DNA from: an uncultured Candidatus Rokubacteria bacterium
GTDB taxonomy: Bacteria > Methylomirabilota > Methylomirabilia > Rokubacteriales > CSP1-6
Direction of reading: 5' to 3'
DNA: 64,000 nt
NCBI GenBank assembly: GCA_963747235.1
Contig: CAVVEU010000015.1
Span: forward strand, 32,001 to 96,000
Shown piece by piece: positions 20,469-28,704 of the stretch (position 1 is its first letter; each line of letters begins with the position of its first letter). The notes beneath the pieces are model-generated. The model was not told where the DNA came from. It ran no database searches and saw nothing but the letters and a program-made list of their open reading frames with translations. The position numbers and the translations under genes were made by a program.

Positions 20469-21441
20469 TTACCCCTGCTGGATCGCGCTCAGCTTGAAAG
20501 CGCCAGGGCCCACCGGACGGACGAACGTCCAGTACTCTTCGAACTTGACGGGCTCCGTCCGACTCCCCTCGAGCACGCGCGCGCCGCTCTCGTCGGTGGT
20601 GTAGTCGAGCAGGCTCGCCAGGAAGTGCACCGTCACGTAGTCCTGGCCGGTCTCCTGCCAGGCCTCGGTGATGTCGGCGCTGCGCACCGCGATGTTCTCG
20701 AGCCGGTTGATCTTCTGATCCGCCCGCAGGCGGTCGCAGTCGCGCTGGAGCTGCGCCTGCATCTCCGGCGTGAGGTGGGCCGAGACGCTCCGGAGATCGC
20801 GGGCCGTCCACGCGCCCTGGACCTTGAAGAAGACGTCCGACGCGGTCTCCGCGAACGCGCGGGGATCGAAGCTCGCGTCCATCTGGCGGACATGCCCGAG
20901 GCCGCGCTCCAGATCGGACGGGCCGGCCGGGGGCGGCTCCAGCGTGGCGGTGCCGCCTCCCGAGGACGCGGACCCGTAGCGGGCTGACATCCCGGCGTCA
21001 TCGCGAGGGCCCGGCCCGGTGTAGCCGCCGCCCGCCATCGCGTAGCCGGAGGGAACGGCCGCCGCCTGCCGACGCCGCATGTAGGAGATCGCGAACCAGG
21101 CCAGTGCGGCGATGATCAGGATCTCCATCATCCCGATGCCGCTGCCGAAGCCGCCCCCGAAGAGCAGCCCACCCAGCAGGCCGCCCAGCAGGAGGCCACC
21201 CAGCATCCCGCCCATCATGCCGCCCCAGCCCGGACGCGGCTGCGACGGGGACACCGCCGGCGAGGACGGCTGGCTCGGCGAGACGGGGCTGGAGCCCGGC
21301 CGGGCCGGCGAGGAGTAGCTGCGGGAGCCGCGGCTCCCGCTCGAGCTGCCGCCGCCCGGCGCGCGCCCATGCTTCGGTCACGGAGAGCACCGGCATGATC
21401 GCCAGCGCTATCAGAAGGGCCAGAGCCAGGGTCCGCTTCAT
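20469..21441 (-). CDS. Tim44-domain membrane protein; frameshift near 21355
   Basis: Signal peptide, RAGGGSSSGSRGSR, Gly-rich GGLLLGGLLGG, FDPRAFAETASDVFFKVQGAW, FEEYWTFVR. Confidence 0.85.
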
Positions 21442-21572
21442 CGCGTGCCTCCCTCAGTAGGGTTGTCGGGGTTGGTGGATGCTACGCGCACAGTATACGC
21501 GGAACTTTCCTCCCGGTGGCCGGTCTAAGCGGGCAACCCATAGCCCCGCTCCGAGCGGGCCCGGAGGAGATC

Positions 21573-22619
21573 ATGAACCCATTTCGACGCTCGTTCCTCA
21601 AGCTGCTCGCCACCGGCGGCGCGGTCGCCGCCTCGGTCCCAACTCTCGCCCGGGCCGACCGAATTCGCGTCCTGCCCGACGGCGGCGACGACGCCATCGC
21701 CCAGCTCGTGGCCGGGCAGCGCAGCCCGGAGCTCGGGCGGGCGCTGGGCGGCCTCACCCTGGGCCCGGCCGCCGTCCAGGGCGGCCTCGCGGTGCTGTGG
21801 CTGCACGCCAAGGACACCGGCGCGCCGGCGCTCGAGATCCTGACGCTCGACGAGGGCCGGGCCCGCGGCGCCCTCACGGTGATCGAGCGCGCCCAGGCCA
21901 GCGTGCCGGAGCTGATCGCGGAGAACCACGGCAAGACCCACGTGCTGCTCCTGGCCGGCGAGATCCTGATCGGGGGCAAGCAGAACCGCGTGCTGCGCGA
22001 GGACCTGCTCCTGCCGCCGCTCAGCGGGCCGCGGAACATCGCGGTGTACTGCGTGGAGCAGGGCCGCTGGAACGAGGGCCGCAAGGACTTCGACAGCCGC
22101 GGCAGCGTGGTGCAGCCGAGTGTCCGCTCCCAGGTCCTGCGCAAGGCGGACCAGTCGCGCATCTGGTCCGGCGTCGCGTCCGCCTCGCGCGAGATGGCGG
22201 CACCCTCGGCGACCGGCAGCTACCAGGCCATCTACGACAAGCCCGAGGTGAAGGCGCACCTCGAGCAGACGACCCGGAGCTTCGATCCGACGGTGGCCCC
22301 CACCGCGGTCGGCGCCGCCGTCTTCGTGGGGCCGAATCTCGCCGGCGTGGACTGCTTCCACGCCCCGGGCCTCTTCGCGCGGGAGTGGCCCAAGCTGCTG
22401 CGCGCCTACGCGCTCGACGCCTACGGGACCGCCGCGGGCGCGTGGGACGAGGCGGCCGCGCGGGCGCGCACCGAGGGGCTCCTGCGCGCGGCCGCGCGCG
22501 TCGAGGGCGGCGCGCGCGGGAGCGTGGGGGCCGGGCGGCACTTCGAGTTCACGCTGGACGGCCGGCGCGGCGCCGCCCTGCTCTTCGAGGGCCAGGCGAT
22601 CCATGTCGCGATCCTGTGA
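21573..22619 (+). CDS. Tat-signal ARPP-1/DUF6569-family protein
   Basis: MNPFRRSFLK twin-arginine motif; LTLDEG, SVPELIAEN, VLLLAGEILIGGKQNRVL, VYCVEQGRW, QSRIW; RBS GGAGGAG. Confidence 0.72.
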   Translation: MNPFRRSFLKLLATGGAVAASVPTLARADRIRVLPDGGDDAIAQLVAGQRSPELGRALGGLTLGPAAVQGGLAVLWLHAKDTGAPALEILTLDEGRARGALTVIERAQASVPELIAENHGKTHVLLLAGEILIGGKQNRVLREDLLLPPLSGPRNIAVYCVEQGRWNEGRKDFDSRGSVVQPSVRSQVLRKADQSRIWSGVASASREMAAPSATGSYQAIYDKPEVKAHLEQTTRSFDPTVAPTAVGAAVFVGPNLAGVDCFHAPGLFAREWPKLLRAYALDAYGTAAGAWDEAAARARTEGLLRAAARVEGGARGSVGAGRHFEFTLDGRRGAALLFEGQAIHVAIL

Positions 22620-22742
22620 GCGACGCGCGCGGAGGAACTTTTGATCGTCGGGCGCGCGCGCGTATGATCTGGCCACACGCCGAGCCGCGCGCGGGGCCGA
22701 GCCCACCGCGTCGTCCCGGCGGCCAAGGAGGCCACACACGCG

Positions 22743-23312
22743 ATGGCGGCGAGATTGCCCTACCTCGATCGGGCGCAGGTCGGCCCCGAGCTCCAGTCGG
22801 TCTTCGATACGCTCCAGAAGGCGAGCGGACGCGTGCTCAACTTCTACCGGCTCATGGCGCACCACGCACGGTCGGTGGCGCCGTTCGTCGCCTGGTACCC
22901 GCAGCTCCGCGAGGGCGCGCTCGACCTCAAGCTCCGCTACCTGGCCTACGTCCGCGCGTCGCAGCTCAACCGCTGCCGCTACTGCGTCACCCACAACGGG
23001 GCCGCCGCGCGCCGCGTCGGCGTCTCCCGGGAGCAGCTCGACGCGCTCGCCGACTTCCAGACCAGCCCGCTCTTCTCGGAGCTCGAGCGGCTCGTGCTCC
23101 GGTACGCGGAGGAGATGACCCTTCGCGTCCAGGTGGACCCGGCGCTCGTGGGGACGCTCAAGAAACACCTCGACCCCGAGTCGCTGGTGCAGCTCACCCT
23201 CTCCGTCGCCGCGGCCAACTTCACCAACCGCTTCAACGAAGCGCTCGGCACCGAGCTCGAGTTCGAGGAGGGCCGCGTCGAGCCTTCCGCGGCGTCCCGC
23301 CCCGCCGGGTGA
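22743..23312 (+). CDS. Carboxymuconolactone decarboxylase/AhpD-like protein
   Basis: ASQLNRCRYCVTHN (CxxC..H), FSELERLVLRYAEEMT, ANFTNRFN. Confidence 0.85.
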   Translation: MAARLPYLDRAQVGPELQSVFDTLQKASGRVLNFYRLMAHHARSVAPFVAWYPQLREGALDLKLRYLAYVRASQLNRCRYCVTHNGAAARRVGVSREQLDALADFQTSPLFSELERLVLRYAEEMTLRVQVDPALVGTLKKHLDPESLVQLTLSVAAANFTNRFNEALGTELEFEEGRVEPSAASRPAG

Positions 23313-23830
23313 GCGCGCCTCGTCATTGTCTGGCGTGCGGCGCCCGCCTGCGGGCCACGCGCCAGGACGGCTTCCGCCGGTGGCGGTGCCCCCGCTGCGG
23401 GTGGATCTTCTACAACAACCCGGTGCCCGCGACGGTGGCCATCGTGGTGGGGCCGCGGGGCATCCTCCTGTGCCGGCGGGCCGCCGCGCCCTACGCGGGT
23501 TACTGGGACCTGGCCGGGGGCTTCCTCGAGGTGGACGAGACGCCGGAGCGCGGGCTGCGCCGCGAGCTGCGCGAGGAGCTCGGCGCGCGCGTTCGGCGGG
23601 CGCGCTTCCGCGGCTTCGTGCCGGATCGCTACGGCCCCGACGGCTTCCCGGTGCTGGGGATCGTCTACGAGGTGCGCGTGGCCGGACGGCTCACGCCGGG
23701 GAGCGACGTGAGCGAGGTGCGCTGGGTGAGGCGCGACGCGATTCCGTGGCGGCGGCTCGGCTTCGCCTCGATCCGCCGGGCGCTCCGCGACTATCTGCGG
23801 GGCGGAGACCAGAAGATCACGTTGCGGTGA
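23309..23830 (+). CDS. Zinc-ribbon Nudix hydrolase (ADP-ribose/NADH pyrophosphatase-like)
   Basis: CLACG...CPRCGWIFYNNP; Nudix box GGFLEVDETPERGLRRELREELG; GTGA overlap with upstream stop. Confidence 0.85.
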   Translation: MSAPRHCLACGARLRATRQDGFRRWRCPRCGWIFYNNPVPATVAIVVGPRGILLCRRAAAPYAGYWDLAGGFLEVDETPERGLRRELREELGARVRRARFRGFVPDRYGPDGFPVLGIVYEVRVAGRLTPGSDVSEVRWVRRDAIPWRRLGFASIRRALRDYLRGGDQKITLR

Positions 23831-24246
23831 CCCGGCTCGTGCCGGAGCACGAGCACCAGGTTGCGCGTGAGATGGCCGAAGGCGGCCACCGCGGCCAGCG
23901 CGAGCACGACACCACCGGCCGGCACGAGCACGGGCGCGCTGCTCGCGCCCCAGACACGCCACGCGAGCCCCACCGCGACCGCGCCCAGCCCCAGCGTGGA
24001 CTCGAGGCACGTGCGCACCTCGCCCGGATGCGGATCAGCCGTCGCCGCCACACGCGGCGCCTCCAGCGCCAGGCGGGCCAGATCGCGCGCGAGTCCCGCG
24101 CCGAGTAGCGCGACGCCCGCGCAGACGAGCATCATCGGCCGGGTGAGCGCGATCTGCCACGCCGGCCGGGCCAGCAGCAGGACGAGACCCGCCGCGAGCG
24201 CAGCCAGATCCAGGACGCGCTCGACCCGCGCGATGCGTGGCTCCAT
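23791..24246 (-). CDS. Hypothetical membrane protein (about 4 TM)
   Basis: Four hydrophobic segments, CLESTLG motif, GC-rich codon pattern. Confidence 0.55.
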   Translation of the reverse strand: MEPRIARVERVLDLAALAAGLVLLLARPAWQIALTRPMMLVCAGVALLGAGLARDLARLALEAPRVAATADPHPGEVRTCLESTLGLGAVAVGLAWRVWGASSAPVLVPAGGVVLALAAVAAFGHLTRNLVLVLRHEPGHRNVIFWSPPRR

Positions 24247-24454
24247 GGGCCCATGCTGGCACAGAGCAACCCTTGCGCTGTCCGAACTCTGACGGGGCTG
24301 CCGTCGCCCTGACGATCCCGAGATGACGGCCCGGGGGCAATCTCCTGACATTCCAGATGTTTAGGACCCATGCGCCGTGGCATGTCCCATGCGATGAAGG
24401 CGGCACCGAGACACGACGGCGCAAGCCGATCCGAGATGGGCAAAGGAGCAACAC

Positions 24455-24676
24455 ATGGCGCAGACCGAGGATGTCCTGGCCGAGTACGTCGAGCGGCTGT
24501 TCGCGAAGGCGAGCTTGCTGAGTCTGGCGGTGCTGGGACACGGCCGCATGCTGGAGGACGGCTGTCTGCGGCCGGACGGGAATCGCCTCGATCAGCTCCA
24601 GTCCCTGGCCACCGAGCTCGAGTTCGGCCTGGGCATGATCCACGACCGGCTCACCGAGCGCGGCGAGCTCGCCTGA
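24455..24676 (+). CDS. Small acidic hypothetical protein (73 aa)
   Basis: RBS AAGGAG; helical composition; ends 14 bp before the next gene. Confidence 0.6.
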   Translation: MAQTEDVLAEYVERLFAKASLLSLAVLGHGRMLEDGCLRPDGNRLDQLQSLATELEFGLGMIHDRLTERGELA

Positions 24677-24690
24677 GCGCCCGGCGCGTC

Positions 24691-25272
24691 ATGCGGTCGC
24701 GCATCGCTCGTGTCGTCACGCTGGCCTTGGCGCTGCTGCCGCTCGGCTGCGCGCGCCCCATCGAGCCGGCGCGCGTGACCGTGGTCACGGCGGCCGCCCC
24801 CGCCCCCGTGACCGCCCCGCCGCCCGCGCCCACCTGGCCGGACGCGGCGCCGGCCCCCGACCTCCCCACCCCCGAGGGCACCGCCGAGACCTTCATCGCG
24901 CGCGCGGAGCTCCCCGACGTGCACTTCGCCTCGGGCGAGATCCAGGTCGACCGGCGCGAGCTCGCGGCGCTCGACGCGGCGGCCGCCTGGCTCAAGGCCA
25001 ACCCGGGCCAGCTCGTGATCGTCGAGGGCTACACCGACGTGGTCGGCCCGCGCGCCGCCAACCTGGCGCTGGCCCAGCGCCGCGCGCGGTGGGTGATGGA
25101 CTACCTGGTGACGAAGGGCGTGCCCGCCGAGCGGATCACCGCGGTGGCGCGCGGGGAAAGCGGCACGGTCTGCGCAGACCGGTCCGCGGCCTGCCAGGGC
25201 CGCAACCGGCGCGTGCACTTCCTGGTCCGCGAGAGCGGACCGCTCCAGCTCAGCGCGTCGCCCAGCCGCTGA
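24691..25272 (+). CDS. OmpA/Pal-family peptidoglycan-binding lipoprotein
   Basis: Lipobox LPLGC, Pro-rich linker, VEGYTD..G....NLALAQRRA..V..YL, NRRVHF. Confidence 0.88.
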   Translation: MRSRIARVVTLALALLPLGCARPIEPARVTVVTAAAPAPVTAPPPAPTWPDAAPAPDLPTPEGTAETFIARAELPDVHFASGEIQVDRRELAALDAAAAWLKANPGQLVIVEGYTDVVGPRAANLALAQRRARWVMDYLVTKGVPAERITAVARGESGTVCADRSAACQGRNRRVHFLVRESGPLQLSASPSR

Positions 25273-26212
25273 GGCAGGCGAGCGCGTCCGCCCGGCCGCG
25301 CTCGAGCGCCCGCGCGATTCCTTCCTGATCGAAGTCGAGCGGCCGCAGCGCGAGCGGCGCCGACGGCTGCAGCAGGTGCACCTCCACTCCCGGGAACTTG
25401 AGCCGGGCCAGCTCCACGTCCCGCCGGATCTGGTGGATCATCCCCATCTCGAACGCCTCTTCCAGCGCGCGGCGCATCGTGGTGGGCGGCGCGCCGCGCT
25501 CGTCCGGCGCGTAGCTCATCACCACCACGGCCCGGCCCACGCCCGGCTCCGCGGCGAGCGCCTCCAGCACCGGCGCGCGGCCGGTCAGCCCACCGTCCAC
25601 CAGGAGCGTGCCGCCCACGTCCACCGCGGGGAACGCGCCGGGCACCGCCGCCGCCGCCATCAGGGCCTCGCGGGTGATGGTCTGGTTGTCGAAGAGGCGC
25701 GGCTCGCGCCGGGCCAGGTCGCTCGTGATCACGAGGAGGCGCACCGGAGAGGCGCGGACGCGGTCGAGATCGAGCGAGGCGTCGATCAGCTCGCCCAGCG
25801 GCCCCGGGTCGAAGAGGGAGCCCGCGCGATCCAGGGCGAGCAGGGTGAGCCAGCCCGGCAGCAGGCCCGCGAAGAGCACGCGCGTGCGGAGCGAGTAGAC
25901 CCGGTCGCGCGAGAGGCCGCGCCAGAGCGCCTCCAGGCGCTCCATGCGGCCGTCGGCGATCATGGCCGCGTTCAGCGCGCCCGCGGAGGAGCCGGCCACC
26001 AGCCGGATCGGCAGGCCGCGCTCGACGAAGACGGCGGCCACGCCCGCCTCGTAGGCGCCCTTGGCGCCGCCGCCCGAGAGCACGAGCGCGGTGGGCACGT
26101 CGAGCGGGCGCGTGGACGGCCCGCACGCGGACGCGGCCGCGGAGCCGGCGCCCAGGGCGAGCCCGAGGAGAGCGACTTCGAGTAGCCGCGCGATCGCGAG
26201 GTGTGAAGGCAT
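25250..26212 (-). CDS. Patatin-like phospholipase (putative lipoprotein)
   Basis: LSGGGAKG, GSSAG nucleophile, DGG; signal ending ASAC. Confidence 0.88.
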   Translation of the reverse strand: MPSHLAIARLLEVALLGLALGAGSAAASACGPSTRPLDVPTALVLSGGGAKGAYEAGVAAVFVERGLPIRLVAGSSAGALNAAMIADGRMERLEALWRGLSRDRVYSLRTRVLFAGLLPGWLTLLALDRAGSLFDPGPLGELIDASLDLDRVRASPVRLLVITSDLARREPRLFDNQTITREALMAAAAVPGAFPAVDVGGTLLVDGGLTGRAPVLEALAAEPGVGRAVVVMSYAPDERGAPPTTMRRALEEAFEMGMIHQIRRDVELARLKFPGVEVHLLQPSAPLALRPLDFDQEGIARALERGRADALACLSGWATR

Positions 26213-26266
26213 GGCCCGGCTCTTACAACGAGCCGGGCCTTCGCGTCAAATGGAGCGGGCGCGGGA

Positions 26267-26653
26267 CTAGCGGGCGGGCGTGGCCTCGGGCTGACGGTCC
26301 AGCACCATCCGCACGCGCCGGGAGAGGTACTCGGTGGTGAACGGCTTGGTGATGACCGGGCCGATCGGGTTGAGCCCGCTCGTGACGAGGAAGTCGCGGT
26401 CGTAGGCGGACATGAACATCACCTTCAAGCCGGGCAGCAGCGCGACGAGCCCGGCCGCGAGCTCGCAGCCGTTCATCCCGGGCATCACCACGTCGGACAA
26501 CAGCATGTGGATCGGGCCCGGGTGCTCGGCCGCGACGCGGATCGCGTCCTGGCCGTCCGCGGCTTCGAGCACCCGATACCCTTCACCGGCCAGCACGTCG
26601 CGGGCGAGCACCCGCACCCACGGATCGTCGTCCACCACGAGGATGGTACGCAT
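26267..26653 (-). CDS. Single-domain response regulator (receiver)
   Basis: ILVVDDD, LLSDVVMPGMNG, FMSAY, KPF. Confidence 0.88.
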   Translation of the reverse strand: MRTILVVDDDPWVRVLARDVLAGEGYRVLEAADGQDAIRVAAEHPGPIHMLLSDVVMPGMNGCELAAGLVALLPGLKVMFMSAYDRDFLVTSGLNPIGPVITKPFTTEYLSRRVRMVLDRQPEATPAR

Positions 26654-26994
26654 CAGCTCGCCCGCCGGCGCCGCACGCGGGCCTGGATCTTGGCGGGCCC
26701 CGCGGCGAGGCGCGCATCGCTCTCCGCGCGCTTCGCGCGCAGCCGCTCCAGCCAGAGGGGGCGTGGCATCGCGGCGACGTGGACCGCGCGGTCCACGTTG
26801 ACGTTGCCGATCACGACGGGAGCCTTCTCCGAGCGCTCGCGGTTGAGCCAGGACTCGAGCGGATAGAACTCGATACTGCCGCAGGTCGGGCAGTTCCGGA
26901 ACATGGCCGAGTCGAACACGGTATTGCAATCGAGCTCCATGCAGAGCTTCGCGAATCGTAGATCGATGCGTGGCAGGTCTCGTTCGAAACTCAT
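26653..26994 (-). CDS. Small hypothetical protein with zinc-ribbon-like cysteines
   Basis: CMELDC...CPTCGS; RBS GGAGG; TGATG overlap with the response regulator. Confidence 0.6.
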   Translation of the reverse strand: MSFERDLPRIDLRFAKLCMELDCNTVFDSAMFRNCPTCGSIEFYPLESWLNRERSEKAPVVIGNVNVDRAVHVAAMPRPLWLERLRAKRAESDARLAAGPAKIQARVRRRRAS

Positions 26995-27316
26995 CCGATC
27001 CTCCCGTGGTGGCGGCTAGCCCCACTATCTCTGTGACCAGGCAGGCCGGAGAGCCCGGGGGCCGGTACAACCCGCCGGTGGAGAAGGGACCGACAAATTA
27101 TCCCGACCACCGCGCTTCCGACCTGCCTGATCCGTACGCTCTCCTAGGGGCAAGTCCTGTACCAGAAGGGATGCGTCGTAGAATCAGCGGCTTGCCGACC
27201 GGCCGCCCGAGCGAGTTCCCCCGTTCTTCCGTGGGTGGGCAACGAACTACCCTATTGGTGGGTCGGTCCTCTCTCCGCACATTCTGCGGAGTGAGTAAGC
27301 ACACGCGGGGGCCGTC

Positions 27317-27346
27317 TTGACAGCGCGCGCGCACGCCCCGCATGAT
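27317..27346 (+). promoter_or_regulatory. Sigma70 promoter of amidase (probably leaderless)
   Basis: TTGACA-18 bp-CATGAT, 8 nt before ATG 27355. Confidence 0.55.
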
Positions 27347-27354
27347 CTTCATGG

Positions 27355-28653
27355 ATGGCTTCGGACGATCTCGCTTCCCTCCTCGCCGGCCGCGCGGCCA
27401 CGCTCATCGCGGACGGCTCGCTCTCCCCGGTGGATCTGCTCGAGTCGTGCCTCGCGCGCATCGCGGCGCGCGACGCGGAGATCCGCGCGTGGGTGCACGT
27501 GGACGAGGCGGGTGCGCGCGCCGTCGCGCGCGAGCGCCACGCGGAGGCCCGCGCGGGCCGGTCGCGCGGACCGCTGCACGGCGTGCCGGTGGGCATCAAG
27601 GACATCATTCACGTGGCGGGCCTCACCACCACGTGCGGCGCCGCGCCCGCCTTTCACGTCGCCGCGACCGAGGACGCCGCCGCGGTGGCGCGGCTCCGCG
27701 CGGCGGGCGCGATCATCCTCGGCAAGGCGCACACCACCGAGTTCGCGTACTTCGAGCCCGGCCCCACGCGCAATCCGTGGAATACCGCGCACACGCCGGG
27801 CGGCTCGTCCTCGGGCTCGGCGGCGGCGGTGGCCGCGCGCATGGCGCCGCTGGCCCTCGGCACCCAGACGGTCGGCTCGGTGCTGCGGCCCGCCGCCTAC
27901 TGCGGCGTGGTGGGCTTCAAGGGCACGCACGGCCTGATTCCCACCGAGGGCGTGGTGCCGCTCGCGTGGAGCCTCGACCACGTCGGCGTCTTCGCGCGCG
28001 CGGTCGCGGACGTGGCCCTCACCGCCGGGGTGCTCGCGGGGCGCCCGCTCGCCGGCCCCGCGGCGCGGCCGCCGCGGCTTGCGCTCGCGCCCGAGCTGGT
28101 GGACCGCGCCACCCCGGAGACCGCGGCCGAGGTGCGCGCGGCCGCGGCGCGCCTCGCGCGGGCGGGCGCGACCATCGAGGAGGTGAAGCTGCCCCCGTCG
28201 TTCGCGGGCGTGCACGCGGCGGGGCGCGAGGTGCTCGAGGTGGAGGCGAGCGCCTATCACGAGGAGCTCTACCGGGCCCACGCCGCCGCGTACCGGCCGC
28301 GCACCCGCGAGCTGATCGCGGGCGGGCTCGCGCGCCCCGCGGTGGCCTACGCGCGCGCACAGCGCGCCCGCCTCGCCTTCCGCGAGGAGGTCATGCCGCT
28401 GCTCGCGGCCCACGACGCGCTGCTCTCGCCGACCGCGCCGGCCCCCGCGCCGGAAGGGCTCGCGACGGGCGATCCGTGGTTCTGCGCGCCGTGGAGCTTC
28501 GCGGGCGCGCCCGCGTGCTCGCTGCCGAGCGGCGTGTCCGCGCTCGGGCTGCCGCACGCGGTGCAGCTCGTCGCGGCGGCGGAGCGGGACGCGGAGCTGC
28601 TCGCGGTGGCCGCGTGGTGCGAGCGCGTGCTAGACTTCAAGCTCTCCCCATAG
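27355..28653 (+). CDS. Amidase signature family (GatA-like) amidase
   Basis: GPLHGVPVGIKD, TPGGSSSGSAAAVA, GTQTVGSVLRPAAYCG. Confidence 0.9.
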   Translation: MASDDLASLLAGRAATLIADGSLSPVDLLESCLARIAARDAEIRAWVHVDEAGARAVARERHAEARAGRSRGPLHGVPVGIKDIIHVAGLTTTCGAAPAFHVAATEDAAAVARLRAAGAIILGKAHTTEFAYFEPGPTRNPWNTAHTPGGSSSGSAAAVAARMAPLALGTQTVGSVLRPAAYCGVVGFKGTHGLIPTEGVVPLAWSLDHVGVFARAVADVALTAGVLAGRPLAGPAARPPRLALAPELVDRATPETAAEVRAAAARLARAGATIEEVKLPPSFAGVHAAGREVLEVEASAYHEELYRAHAAAYRPRTRELIAGGLARPAVAYARAQRARLAFREEVMPLLAAHDALLSPTAPAPAPEGLATGDPWFCAPWSFAGAPACSLPSGVSALGLPHAVQLVAAAERDAELLAVAAWCERVLDFKLSP

Positions 28654-28704
28654 GAACCGATCGTCGAATGGAACGGACGCGGTAGAAGGGCGGTTGATCA
28701 GTCA

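Noticed and set aside
27355-28653. Amidase as the dedicated partner of the NHase
   Set aside because: Opposite strand, separated by the PBP gene, own promoter and generic GatA-like sequence; functional coupling is possible but unsupported
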